Shown piece after piece: positions 8,402 through 17,629 of a stretch of DNA of 32,000 nt; positions within the stretch are counted from its first letter, which is position 1, and each line of letters starts with the position of its first letter. The DNA comes from an uncultured Clostridia bacterium. Its GTDB lineage: Bacteria; Bacillota; Clostridia; TANB77; CAG-508. Location of the stretch: NCBI GenBank assembly GCA_944387425.1, contig CALXEV010000008.1, positions 9,969 through 41,968 of the forward strand, read 5' to 3'. The notes beneath the pieces were generated by a model. It ran no database searches and was not told where the DNA came from. It was given only the letters and a program-made list of their open reading frames with translations. A program made the position numbers and the translations under genes.

Positions 8402-9640
8402 TTAGTGTGTGTGTTCATGTGAAATGGCACCATAATCAGCTTCTATTGTTTCTACTACCTTTTTAGGTTCTGCATCTGGTTTTTGCATTTCTCTATTATA
8501 TCTCTCTACCAATTTTACTAATGATTCTCCTGTTTCGTCAACAAGTTCTCCCCAAGTTTTTTGAGTATTTGGTATATAATCTTCTTCTGTAATATTCATA
8601 TCTACTTGTCCACTATCTCTTTGTGCATTTTCTACTTCATTTACTTGATGTGCTAATTCATGAGAATACTCAGTTCCTTCTGTTTCAAATTCATTTCTAA
8701 TTTGATAACTTTCTTCTTGTGTAGCATCTTCTCCTTGCATCCTAACTCCTCTTGCAATTCTTTCGTCACAAGGTAATACTTCAACTGTTTCTATATCAAT
8801 TTCTCCATATGGCCCATATGTTATTGCAATTTCTTGTTTATCATTACTTGTCTCCATTAGTGCATGTGGAACTCTTTTTTCTATACTCTCACCATTTTCA
8901 TCTATACTAATTATTGTTTTCCAAGCTGTTTGTGCTGGCTCAACATTATCATTTATTTTAAATTTGCCATTTACATTTGTTAACATTACAAATCTATTTA
9001 ATTTATTAGAATATGCTATACCATTTTCTTCTGAATTTCCAAATACTTGTGGCATTCTCTCAGCAACGTTTTTATCTTTTATTTTTCTATAATTTGAGAT
9101 TTCTAAATCTTCGCCTTGTTCTTCAAGATCTTTTTTTATTTTTTCTTCCGTTGTTTCTCCTTTATCTTCTTGTTGCTCATCAGTTTCTTGTTCTTCCTCA
9201 TCTACTATTTTTTCTTTTCCTTCAAGCATTTCTTTTACTTCTTCAGGAGTCATTTTTTCTGAAATACCTTTTAAACGTCCTGGCTCTTTTTCATTTTCTG
9301 CTATAACTTCTTCTAAATTTATATTAGATAAATATGCTTCTAATTCTGGTATTATTGAAGAAACTTTTCCATCTTTATCAACTGCTAAGATTTCATTTGA
9401 AGAACTTCCACTATAAACATGGAATGTAAAATTTCCTTCTGCATCTTTTTCTGTAGTAATAAAAATATTATTAAAATCTATATCTCCCATTTTAAATTTT
9501 TCATAATATTTTATATTTTCTACTTCTCCATTATTTTCTTGTAATCTTGCTTGTAATTCTTGTTCAAAAGAATCTAATATTGCTAGTATTTGTTTTTCTT
9601 CTGGTCCAAATGTATATTGTGCAGATTTGTTTTCTTCCAT
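8402..9640 (-). CDS. Hypothetical highly acidic protein, 412 aa, no recognisable domain
   Basis: Long ORF with the codon usage of its neighbours, spaced 14 nt after rimO and 13 nt before the TPR gene. Central Glu/Asp/Lys low-complexity linker (EEEQETDEQQEDKGETTEEK). Ends in HEHTH. Confidence 0.7.
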   Translation of the reverse strand: MEENKSAQYTFGPEEKQILAILDSFEQELQARLQENNGEVENIKYYEKFKMGDIDFNNIFITTEKDAEGNFTFHVYSGSSSNEILAVDKDGKVSSIIPELEAYLSNINLEEVIAENEKEPGRLKGISEKMTPEEVKEMLEGKEKIVDEEEQETDEQQEDKGETTEEKIKKDLEEQGEDLEISNYRKIKDKNVAERMPQVFGNSEENGIAYSNKLNRFVMLTNVNGKFKINDNVEPAQTAWKTIISIDENGESIEKRVPHALMETSNDKQEIAITYGPYGEIDIETVEVLPCDERIARGVRMQGEDATQEESYQIRNEFETEGTEYSHELAHQVNEVENAQRDSGQVDMNITEEDYIPNTQKTWGELVDETGESLVKLVERYNREMQKPDAEPKKVVETIEADYGAISHEHTH

Positions 9641-9654
9641 AATAAAACCTCCTC

Positions 9655-11010
9655 TTAAATTAATTTTCCAATTAAGTCATATTCTTTTACATCTACTATT
9701 TTTGCTGTTACAAATTGGTTCATTAATTCTTTATCATTATTTTTTATATAGATTAATCCATCTATGTCTGGTACATCTTGTTTTGTTCTTCCAACAAAAT
9801 ATTTTCCATCAAATGTCTTATTTTCTATTAGTACTTCTACTTCTTGTTCAATTTTATTTTGTAAATTCTCATTTGATATTTTTTGTTGAATTTTCATTAT
9901 TTTATTATATCTTGATCTTTTTGTGTTTCCATTTATTTGGTTTTGCATTCTTGATGCAGGAGTACCTTCTTCTTTAGAATACATAAATGTACCTAATTTG
10001 TCAAATTTCGCATTTTGGACAAATTCATATAATTCCTTAAAATCTTGTTCAGTTTCTCCTGGAAATCCAACCATTAAACTTGTTCTTAATACTACATTTG
10101 GAATTTCTTTTCTTATTTTTGCTAAAAGTTCTTCTATTTCTTCTTTACTTGTTTTCCTATTCATCATTTTCAACATTCTATTAGATATATGTTGAATTGG
10201 AATGTCAAAGTATTTACAAATTTTTTCATTGTTTTTTACTACTTCAATTAATTTATCTGAAACACCTTCTGGATAAGAATATAAAAATCTAATCCATTTT
10301 ACTTCCGGTATTTCTGATATTTTTTGTAATAATTCTGGTAATTTAGGTTCTCCATAAATATCTATTCCATATTTTGTTGTATCTTGTGCAATAACTATGA
10401 TTTCTCTAATTCCTTTTTTTACAAGCATTTTTGCTTCTTCAATTATATCTTCCATTTTTCTACTTACAAATGGTCCTCTAATATATGGAATTGCACAATA
10501 TGTACATCTATTACTACATCCTTCTCCTATTTTTAAATATGCAAAGTTTTCTCCTGTTGTTATTACTCTATCTAAGAATTCTTCACATCTTGGCATAGGA
10601 AGTGGTCGAATTTCTGTGATTTTATTACTTGTATTAGTTTTACTTTCTTCTACAATATTTTCTTTTATTAATTTTTCAATTTTTTCCCATAAGTAATCAT
10701 ATTCATCTATTTTTATGAATAAATCTACTTCTGGTAGAGCTTTTTTTAACTCTTTATAATAGCGTTGTACAAGGCATCCAATAACTATTAAATACTTACA
10801 TTTTTTCTTTTTATATTCTGCCATTTCTAATATTGTATTTATCGCTTCTTCTTTTGCAGATTCTATAAAACCACATGTATTTATAATAATTATATCGGCT
10901 TTTTCTGGATTATTTACAATTTCATAGTTATGTTTTTTAAAATGCCCTATAACGATTTCTGTATCTATTAAGTTTTTACTACATCCTAGTGATACAAATC
11001 CTACTTTCAT
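9655..11010 (-). CDS. rimO: Ribosomal protein S12 (D88) methylthiotransferase RimO (radical SAM, MTTase family)
   Basis: MKVGFVSLGCSKNLIDTE...INTCGFI (UPF0004 N-domain Cys triad), radical-SAM CSNRCTYC, and a C-terminal TRAM-like domain. The N-terminus matches RimO rather than MiaB. Confidence 0.9.
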   Translation of the reverse strand: MKVGFVSLGCSKNLIDTEIVIGHFKKHNYEIVNNPEKADIIIINTCGFIESAKEEAINTILEMAEYKKKKCKYLIVIGCLVQRYYKELKKALPEVDLFIKIDEYDYLWEKIEKLIKENIVEESKTNTSNKITEIRPLPMPRCEEFLDRVITTGENFAYLKIGEGCSNRCTYCAIPYIRGPFVSRKMEDIIEEAKMLVKKGIREIIVIAQDTTKYGIDIYGEPKLPELLQKISEIPEVKWIRFLYSYPEGVSDKLIEVVKNNEKICKYFDIPIQHISNRMLKMMNRKTSKEEIEELLAKIRKEIPNVVLRTSLMVGFPGETEQDFKELYEFVQNAKFDKLGTFMYSKEEGTPASRMQNQINGNTKRSRYNKIMKIQQKISNENLQNKIEQEVEVLIENKTFDGKYFVGRTKQDVPDIDGLIYIKNNDKELMNQFVTAKIVDVKEYDLIGKLI

Positions 11011-11034
11011 TTTTACCTCTTCTTTCAGCTATTA

Positions 11035-12222
11035 CTAACTATTGTGACTACATATATGTTTACGTGTCATTTCCATTAGATTTAGTTTTGTAAATCCTTC
11101 TACTTGTGTTTTTGCTCTATCATTTTTTAATACATCTTTTAATAATTTTTCTATTTTATCTTTGTTTTCTTGTTTTTTCATATCTATATAGTCTATTATG
11201 ATTATTCCACCTATATCTCTTAATCTTAATTGTTTTGCTATTTCTATAGTTGCTTCATAATTTACTTTATAAACTGTGTCTTCTAGTGTACTTTTTCCAG
11301 TAAATTTTCCTGAATTTACATCAATTGCAACTAATGCTTCTGTTAAATCTATAGTAATAAATCCACCACAATTCAACCATATTTTTCTTTGTTGAGATTT
11401 TTCTATTTGTTTTTCTATCTCATATCTTTTAAATAAATTATTGTTTTTGTCTAATTCAAGTTTGATATTTTTTTCTTGTAAAGTTTCTAGTTTTTTGTTT
11501 ATTTCTTCATATTCCTTTTTATCATTTACTATTATTTTTTCTATTTTATTTTTTGTAAGATCTAAAAGCATTTTTTCTAAAATTGTAGAACTTTCATATA
11601 ATAACTCCGGTTTTCCTTTACTTTTATTAAATCGCTCTAATATTTTGTTCCATTTGTCTTTCAATCTTTTTAAATCTTCATTTATCTCATCACTTTTTTT
11701 CTTTTCTGCTGCTGTCCTTACTATTGCTCCCATGTTTTCTGGTAAGTTTTTCTTAACTATATCTAGTAATCTATCTTTTTCTTTTGGTTCTGTAATTTTT
11801 TGTGAAATTGTTATAATATTCGTATTTGGCATTAATATAATATATTTTCCTGTTAGTTTTATATGTGTTGTTGTTCTAGCACCTTTTTTATCATTACTAT
11901 CTTTTTGCACTTGAACTAATAATTTTTGGTTTGTTTTTACGACATCTTTTATTTTTAAATTTTCATCTTTTTCTTCTGTCTTTTCATCTACTTGTGGTAC
12001 AACATCTTTTACATGTATAAAACTGTTTTTTTCTGTTCCTATGTCTATAAATGCTGCTTGCATTCCCGGAATAATGTCTTTAACTATGCCTAAATAAATA
12101 TTTCCTTCATTTCTAGCTTTTTTACTTTTTTTATTTTCGTTATAAACTTCAATTAGTTTTCCATTTTCCACCAAACAAATTATTTGGTTTTCTTGTTGCT
12201 TATTTATAATTACTTCTATCAT
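11035..12222 (-). CDS. rng: Rne/Rng-family ribonuclease (RNase G-like), 395 aa
   Basis: S1 domain signature GNIYLGIVKDIIPGMQAAFIDIG, and the catalytic-core-like ITIDLTEALVAIDVNSGKF...IIIDYIDM. Shorter than typical RNase G. Confidence 0.85.
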   Translation of the reverse strand: MIEVIINKQQENQIICLVENGKLIEVYNENKKSKKARNEGNIYLGIVKDIIPGMQAAFIDIGTEKNSFIHVKDVVPQVDEKTEEKDENLKIKDVVKTNQKLLVQVQKDSNDKKGARTTTHIKLTGKYIILMPNTNIITISQKITEPKEKDRLLDIVKKNLPENMGAIVRTAAEKKKSDEINEDLKRLKDKWNKILERFNKSKGKPELLYESSTILEKMLLDLTKNKIEKIIVNDKKEYEEINKKLETLQEKNIKLELDKNNNLFKRYEIEKQIEKSQQRKIWLNCGGFITIDLTEALVAIDVNSGKFTGKSTLEDTVYKVNYEATIEIAKQLRLRDIGGIIIIDYIDMKKQENKDKIEKLLKDVLKNDRAKTQVEGFTKLNLMEMTRKHICSHNS

Positions 12223-12245
12223 TTCATTTGTCCTTCCTTTATTGT

Positions 12246-12803
12246 TTAGTTAAATTTATTCATAGCAATATCTATGCCATTTTTTAATATTTCTATTAAT
12301 GCTTTTTCTGCTTTTTCAACACCTTGCATAAGTAATTTTTTTTCTTCATTAGGAATTGGACCTATCACATAATTAATTTCATCACCTTTGTGCTCCGGTT
12401 TTCCAATCCCAATTCTGATTCTAGAAAATTGGTCAGTTCCTAACATTTGAATTATGGATTTAATTCCGTTATGACCTCCACTGCTTCCTTTTTTCCTTAT
12501 CTTTATTTTTCCTGGTTCTATATCCATATCATCATATATTATAATAATATTTTCTTTTTCTATTTTATAAAAATCTACTATTTCTTTTACACAATTACCA
12601 CTTAAATTCATATATGTTTGTGGTTTTACTATAATTACTTTTTGGCCTTCAATTTCTCCTATTTCAAATAATCCTTGAAATTTATTTTTTTTTAGCTTAA
12701 TATTATATTTTTCAGATATTCCGTTTATTGCATTAAATCCCATATTATGTCTTGTATTATCATATTCTGTATCTGGATTTCCAAGTCCTACTATTAAATA
12801 CAT
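12246..12803 (-). CDS. pth: Peptidyl-tRNA hydrolase
   Basis: MYLIVGLGNPDTEYDNTRHNMGF and GGHNGIKSI motifs. 185 aa. Confidence 0.96.
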   Translation of the reverse strand: MYLIVGLGNPDTEYDNTRHNMGFNAINGISEKYNIKLKKNKFQGLFEIGEIEGQKVIIVKPQTYMNLSGNCVKEIVDFYKIEKENIIIIYDDMDIEPGKIKIRKKGSSGGHNGIKSIIQMLGTDQFSRIRIGIGKPEHKGDEINYVIGPIPNEEKKLLMQGVEKAEKALIEILKNGIDIAMNKFN

Positions 12804-12826
12804 GTTTTTCCTCTTTCTTTTACAAT

Positions 12827-13717
12827 CTATTTAATTATACTATAAAAATTCTCAAATTCATATCCTTTTTCTCTAAAATATGAAATTATTTGTGGCAATG
12901 CTTCTGCTGTGGTTTGCTTATTTCCAGCATCATGCATCAAAAGTACAACACTATTGTGTTTTGGTGCATATTTGTCAATTTCAGCAATGAATTCCTCAGG
13001 AGTTGTTTTACCAGCGGAATCTGAAGTTAACGCATTCCAGTCTACATGCACAACTCCATTCTGGTCTAATAATATTTCTGATTCTTGTTTAATTTTTTCA
13101 TATTTTCCACCTTTGTATCCTCCTGGATATCTAAATAAATGTGGATTATACTCTTGCTCTCCAATTGCATTTCTTATTGCTGTTAATGATTTATTATATT
13201 CATCTAATACACTTTGTGGCGAAGCATAAATTTGTGAATATACATGAGAATAACCATGACTAGCAATAAAATGTCCTTCATCATATTCTCTTTTTACAAT
13301 TTCAGGATAAAGCTCAACTCTACTTCCTAACACAAAGAAAGTTGCTTTTACATTTTCATTTTTTAGTGTATCTAAAATTGGTATTGTAACAGATTGTGAT
13401 GGTCCATCATCAAATGTCAAAAATACTCTTTTGGTATCTGAATGATATATGTTTGCAATATTATTTTTTCCCTCATCTGTTAATTTAGGAAGCTTTGCTT
13501 GTCTTTCCGCTTCTTTTTGCTGTTCTATTCTAGCTTGTTCTTCTTCTGCTAGCCTTTGGTATTGTTCTACATATGACATATAAAATTCTTCAGATAAAAT
13601 TTTCTGACGAATTTCATATAATAAAATCACTAAGCATAAACACAAAACCACAAAAAATGCTCCAATTATTATATTTCTTATATTTCTATATTTTCTTCTT
13701 ATAGATATCAAATCCAT
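12827..13717 (-). CDS. Polysaccharide deacetylase family protein (NodB homology domain), membrane anchored
   Basis: N-terminal TM helix, LTFDDGPS (motif 1), ASHGYSH (motif 2), RYPGG (motif 3) and LLMHD. Confidence 0.85.
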   Translation of the reverse strand: MDLISIRRKYRNIRNIIIGAFFVVLCLCLVILLYEIRQKILSEEFYMSYVEQYQRLAEEEQARIEQQKEAERQAKLPKLTDEGKNNIANIYHSDTKRVFLTFDDGPSQSVTIPILDTLKNENVKATFFVLGSRVELYPEIVKREYDEGHFIASHGYSHVYSQIYASPQSVLDEYNKSLTAIRNAIGEQEYNPHLFRYPGGYKGGKYEKIKQESEILLDQNGVVHVDWNALTSDSAGKTTPEEFIAEIDKYAPKHNSVVLLMHDAGNKQTTAEALPQIISYFREKGYEFENFYSIIK

Positions 13718-13750
13718 TTTTCCACCTTTTATTATATTTTGCGATATCTT

Positions 13751-15307
13751 TTAGTTTTTCAAGTATTCCATTTCTTCTTCTACATTTTTTCTAATAAATA
13801 ATGGTTGACCTTTTTCAATTACTTTTATATCTTTTAAACCATCATATTTTTTCAAGTTATCCCATGTTTGAAGTTCTTCTGGAATTCCTATTTGATTTAA
13901 TAAATTTTTTGATGTTTCACTCATAAATGGTAATAGGATTATTCCTATTTTTCTTATATTTTCTATTAAATGATACATTGTTGATTTTAGTTTTTCTGTT
14001 TCTTCATTTTTTGCTAATTCCCATGGTCGTGTTTCATCAATATATTTATTTGTTCTCGAAATCAATGACCATATTTCTTGTAATGCAGGTGACATCTCAT
14101 AATTATCTATAGTTTTTTCTATTAAGTCTACTTGTTTTTCTGTATATTCTTCAAATTCTTTGTCAACTTCATTTGGTGTTCCATTATATTCTGGAACTTT
14201 TCCTTCAAAATATTTATTTACCATTGAAACTGTTCTGTTTACTAGATTTCCTAAATCATTACACAAATCTGAATTATATCTTGAAATGAAATTTTCAGGT
14301 GTATATATTTCATCTTGTGATTCAGGCATTTCTCTTAATAAATAATATCTAGTTGCATCTAATCCATATCTACTAATTAATTTTTCTGGATAAACTACAT
14401 TACCTACTGACTTTGACATTTTTCCATCTTTCATCATAATCCAGTTATGAACTAAGATTTTTTTAGGTAATGGTAAGTCAAGTGCCATTAAGAATATTGG
14501 CCAATATATTAAGTGAAATCTTGCAATATCTTTACCTATAATTTGTAAGTCTGCTGGCCAGTATTTTTTGAATAATGTATCATCATCAGACATGTATCCT
14601 AATGCTGTTAGATAATTTGTTAGAGCATCTAACCATACATATATTACATGTTTTGGGTCACTTGGTACTTTAATTCCCCAATCAAAAGTTGTTCTTGTTA
14701 CACATAAATCTTCAAGTCCTGGTTTTATAAAGTTATTAATCATTTCAGTTTTTCTGTATTCTGGTTGTATAAAGTCAGGGTGTTCTTCATAATATTTTAA
14801 TAGCTTGTCTGCATATTTTTTCATATTGAAAAAATATGCTTCTTCTTTCATTAATTTTACTTCTCTTCCACAGTCTGGGCATTTACCATCTACTAGTTGT
14901 GATTCTGTAAAATAGCTTTCACAAGGCATACAATATAATCCCTCATAATGACCTTTATAAATATCTCCTTTTTGTAAGAAATATTCAAATATTTTTTGAA
15001 CTATTTCAACATGTTTTACATCAGTTGTTCTCAAAAAAAAGTCATAATTTATATCCATTAAAGACCATAAGTCTTTTGCCATTTTTGCCATTTCGTCAAC
15101 ATGCTCTTGTGGTGTTTTTCCTTGCTTTTCAGCAACAGTTTGAATTTTTTGACCATGTTCATCTGTTCCTGTTAGCATGAAAGTATCATATCCTCTTAAT
15201 TGCTTATATCTTTTTACTGTGTCTGCTAATACTGTTGTATATGCAGTACCTATATGAAATTTTCCACTTGGATAATAAATTGGCGTTGTTACGTAAAATT
15301 TTTTCAT
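13751..15307 (-). CDS. metG: Methionine--tRNA ligase (short form without a C-terminal tRNA-binding appendix)
   Basis: PIYYPSGKFHIGTAYT (HIGH-type), CPDCGREV zinc knuckle and KMSKS. 518 aa. Confidence 0.96.
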   Translation of the reverse strand: MKKFYVTTPIYYPSGKFHIGTAYTTVLADTVKRYKQLRGYDTFMLTGTDEHGQKIQTVAEKQGKTPQEHVDEMAKMAKDLWSLMDINYDFFLRTTDVKHVEIVQKIFEYFLQKGDIYKGHYEGLYCMPCESYFTESQLVDGKCPDCGREVKLMKEEAYFFNMKKYADKLLKYYEEHPDFIQPEYRKTEMINNFIKPGLEDLCVTRTTFDWGIKVPSDPKHVIYVWLDALTNYLTALGYMSDDDTLFKKYWPADLQIIGKDIARFHLIYWPIFLMALDLPLPKKILVHNWIMMKDGKMSKSVGNVVYPEKLISRYGLDATRYYLLREMPESQDEIYTPENFISRYNSDLCNDLGNLVNRTVSMVNKYFEGKVPEYNGTPNEVDKEFEEYTEKQVDLIEKTIDNYEMSPALQEIWSLISRTNKYIDETRPWELAKNEETEKLKSTMYHLIENIRKIGIILLPFMSETSKNLLNQIGIPEELQTWDNLKKYDGLKDIKVIEKGQPLFIRKNVEEEMEYLKN

Positions 15308-15331
15308 ATTATTCTCTCCCCTTTCTTTATA

Positions 15332-16189
15332 TTACACTAAAATTATATCTCTTTTTAATAGTTTTTCTTTAATTGTTCCTGTTCCTATAAATTTTTGATT
15401 TTCATATATTTTATATATTCCATCTTCTAAATTATATGTTAATTGTACACCATTCAAAAACAATTCTAATTTTTTAGAAGATATTTCTATTCTTTTTTTA
15501 TTTTCAAAAAATTTTTCTATTGTTATAATATTTTTTTCTGGTTCTTTTTCAAATTGTTCTATTGAAATTGCTTGTTCTATTGAAAATTTTCCTACTTTAA
15601 TTCTTTTTAATTCTTTCATATATCCTATTGTTCCTAAATTTTCAGCAATTTTCTCGCATAAAGTCCTTATATATGTTCCTTTTGAACAACTAACTATAAA
15701 TTTTATTTGTTTTTCTTTTGTGTTAATACCTATTAATTCTATATTATAGATTTCTATAGTACGTGGTTGTACTTCTATATTTTTCCCACATCTTGCATAT
15801 TCATAGAGTTTTTTTCCATTTACTTTTATTGCTGAATACATTGGAGGAATTTGTTGTTGTTTTCCAAGCATTTTTGTTAATGCTTTTTTTACATTTTCAA
15901 TTTCTAAGATTTGCGATAATATTTCTTGTTTTTCTATTATTTTTCCTTCTCCATCTGCTGTATCTCTTTTTTCTCCTAACATGAGTATTGCCTCATAAGT
16001 CTTGTCATGTTCAACCATATATTTTGATAGTTGTGTTCCTTTTCCTATAAGTAATGGCAATACTCCTGTAGCATTGGGATCTAATGTTCCTGTGTGTCCC
16101 ACTTTTTCATTTACGATTTTTTTTACTTTTTTTACAACATCATGTGAAGTACAATTTTTAGATTTATTTATAATTACTATTCCATCCAT
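15332..16189 (-). CDS. truB: tRNA pseudouridine(55) synthase TruB
   Basis: GIVIINKSKNCTSHDVV, catalytic GHTGTLDPNATGVLPL and a C-terminal PUA-like region. The ORF track start at 16216 overlaps nrnA. The ATG at 16189 (MDGIVII) follows AAAGGAAAAA and is preferred. Confidence 0.9.
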   Translation of the reverse strand: MDGIVIINKSKNCTSHDVVKKVKKIVNEKVGHTGTLDPNATGVLPLLIGKGTQLSKYMVEHDKTYEAILMLGEKRDTADGEGKIIEKQEILSQILEIENVKKALTKMLGKQQQIPPMYSAIKVNGKKLYEYARCGKNIEVQPRTIEIYNIELIGINTKEKQIKFIVSCSKGTYIRTLCEKIAENLGTIGYMKELKRIKVGKFSIEQAISIEQFEKEPEKNIITIEKFFENKKRIEISSKKLELFLNGVQLTYNLEDGIYKIYENQKFIGTGTIKEKLLKRDIILV

Positions 16190-16199
16190 AATTTTTCCT

Positions 16200-17159
16200 T
16201 TATTTATTAATTGCATGTTTTATTGCATCCAATATTTTTGCTTTTGCTTGTTCTAATGTTCCTGGTATGAAACATCCGGCAGCTCCTGGATGTCCTCCTC
16301 CACCTAATAATAAGCAGATTTCTGAAACATTTATTGTTTCATGTGAACGCAATGATGCTTTGTAGCCATTTTTTCCTTCTTTTTCTTTTAATAATACTGC
16401 TACTTCTACTCCTTCTATGTCTCTTAACATTTCTGTTAAGCCTTCTTCATCACCAAGTTTTGCACCTGTATTTTGATTGTCTTCTATTGTTATGTAAGAA
16501 ATTGCTATTTTATCATTTTCATAAAATTCTAATCTATCATATACTAGTCTTTCTAATTTGCAATGTGCTTTTGTTTTATTACGTAAAGCTTTTCTGCAAA
16601 TTTCTTTTATTTTTGCACCTTTTCTTATTAGTTCAGCTGCAAATTCGAATGTTTCAGGTGTTACTCCTCCCCATTGGAATCCTCCTGTATCTGTTATCAT
16701 CCCTGTTAGTATGCAATTTGCAATTTCTTTTGTTATCTCTACACCATAGTATTCAAACATTGCTATTAATACTTGACAGCATGATGGTGATACTGGATCA
16801 ACATAGTTATAATCTGCAAACATTGCATTTACTGAATGATGGTCAATTTCTACTGTTTTTTTAGCAGTTTCAAAAAACTCTTTGCCACCTGCTAATCTTT
16901 TTAAATCAGTGCAATCTACTGATATTGCTAAGTCATATTGTTCTTCTTTTCCATTGTTTAATATTTGGTCTGCTCCTGGAAGAAAATCAAAATCTTTTGC
17001 ATGTTCTGGTATTACTACATCTGCATTTTTTCCAAATTGAGCCAATGCATGCATCACAGATAGAGAACTTGATATTGCATCTCCATCCGGTGATTCATGT
17101 GTTAAAATTACTATTGTTTTTGCATTTTTAAGTTCTACTAATATATCATCTAGTGTCAT
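16200..17159 (-). CDS. nrnA: DHH/DHHA1 phosphoesterase, NrnA-type oligoribonuclease / pAp phosphatase
   Basis: HESPDGDAISS, EIDHH, and DHHA1 GGGGHPGAAG. Sits in the conserved position between rbfA and truB. Confidence 0.85.
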   Translation of the reverse strand: MTLDDILVELKNAKTIVILTHESPDGDAISSSLSVMHALAQFGKNADVVIPEHAKDFDFLPGADQILNNGKEEQYDLAISVDCTDLKRLAGGKEFFETAKKTVEIDHHSVNAMFADYNYVDPVSPSCCQVLIAMFEYYGVEITKEIANCILTGMITDTGGFQWGGVTPETFEFAAELIRKGAKIKEICRKALRNKTKAHCKLERLVYDRLEFYENDKIAISYITIEDNQNTGAKLGDEEGLTEMLRDIEGVEVAVLLKEKEGKNGYKASLRSHETINVSEICLLLGGGGHPGAAGCFIPGTLEQAKAKILDAIKHAINK

Positions 17160-17162
17160 AAG

Positions 17163-17534
17163 TTATTTATTCTCCTTATCTATTTTTTGTTTGTTTAATT
17201 CATTTATAATGTTATCAATTCTTGCTCCGTATTCTAGTGAATCATCTAATTCAAATACTAATTCAGGTGTATTTCTTAAATTGATTCTTTTTGCTAGTTC
17301 TGATCTTAGATATCCTGATGATTTTTTTAGTCCTGCTAAAGTTTCATTTACATTTTTTGAGTTTAATATGCTTACAGATACTTTTGCATATTTTAGGTCT
17401 GGTGTTACTTTTACTCTTGTTACACTTACCATACCAGTTACACTTGGTTCTTTTAACTCAAAACTTATCAATTGACTTAGCACTTTTTTATATTCTTCGT
17501 CAATTCTTCCTTGACGATTATTATTTTTTGGCAT
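17163..17534 (-). CDS. rbfA: Ribosome-binding factor A
   Basis: RIDEEYKKVLSQLI...VSVTRVKVTPDLKYAKVSVSIL...LRNTPELVFELD fits RbfA. The start is set at ATG 17534 (GAAGGGAG RBS). The 18 extra codons in the track ORF (to 17588) lie inside a repeat unit. Confidence 0.9.
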   Translation of the reverse strand: MPKNNNRQGRIDEEYKKVLSQLISFELKEPSVTGMVSVTRVKVTPDLKYAKVSVSILNSKNVNETLAGLKKSSGYLRSELAKRINLRNTPELVFELDDSLEYGARIDNIINELNKQKIDKENK

Positions 17535-17558
17535 TTGTTTGCTCCCTTCTATCAATTG

Positions 17559-17628
17559 TGTCGATTGGGACCGGGTCTTTTTTGGCACTTTGCAAATTGT
17601 GTCAATTGGGACCGGGTCTTTTTTGGTA
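17559..17628 (-). repeat. Repeat cluster R3: two tandem A-type units (41-nt period) between the infB stop and the rbfA RBS
   Basis: Minus-strand reads: 17628-17600 TACCAAAAAAGACCCGGTCCCAATTGACA and 17587-17559 TGCCAAAAAAGACCCGGTCCCAATCGACA. The first unit begins 1 nt after the infB TAA. Confidence 0.9.
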
Positions 17629-17629
17629 A

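Noticed and set aside
15308-15331. I looked for a T-box leader upstream of metG, and for rpsO/pnp-type leaders after truB.
   Set aside because: The spacer is only 24 nt (RBS only), so there is no room for a T-box. metG appears to be co-transcribed with truB.
17584-17600. TGGCACTTTGCAAA inside repeat cluster R3 (and GGCACCAAATGCT at 5287-5299) resembles a sigma-54 -24/-12 element (TGGCAC-N5-TTGCA).
   Set aside because: The GG-to-GC spacing is 8-10 nt instead of the required 12. No enhancer-binding-protein gene or suitable downstream gene is present.
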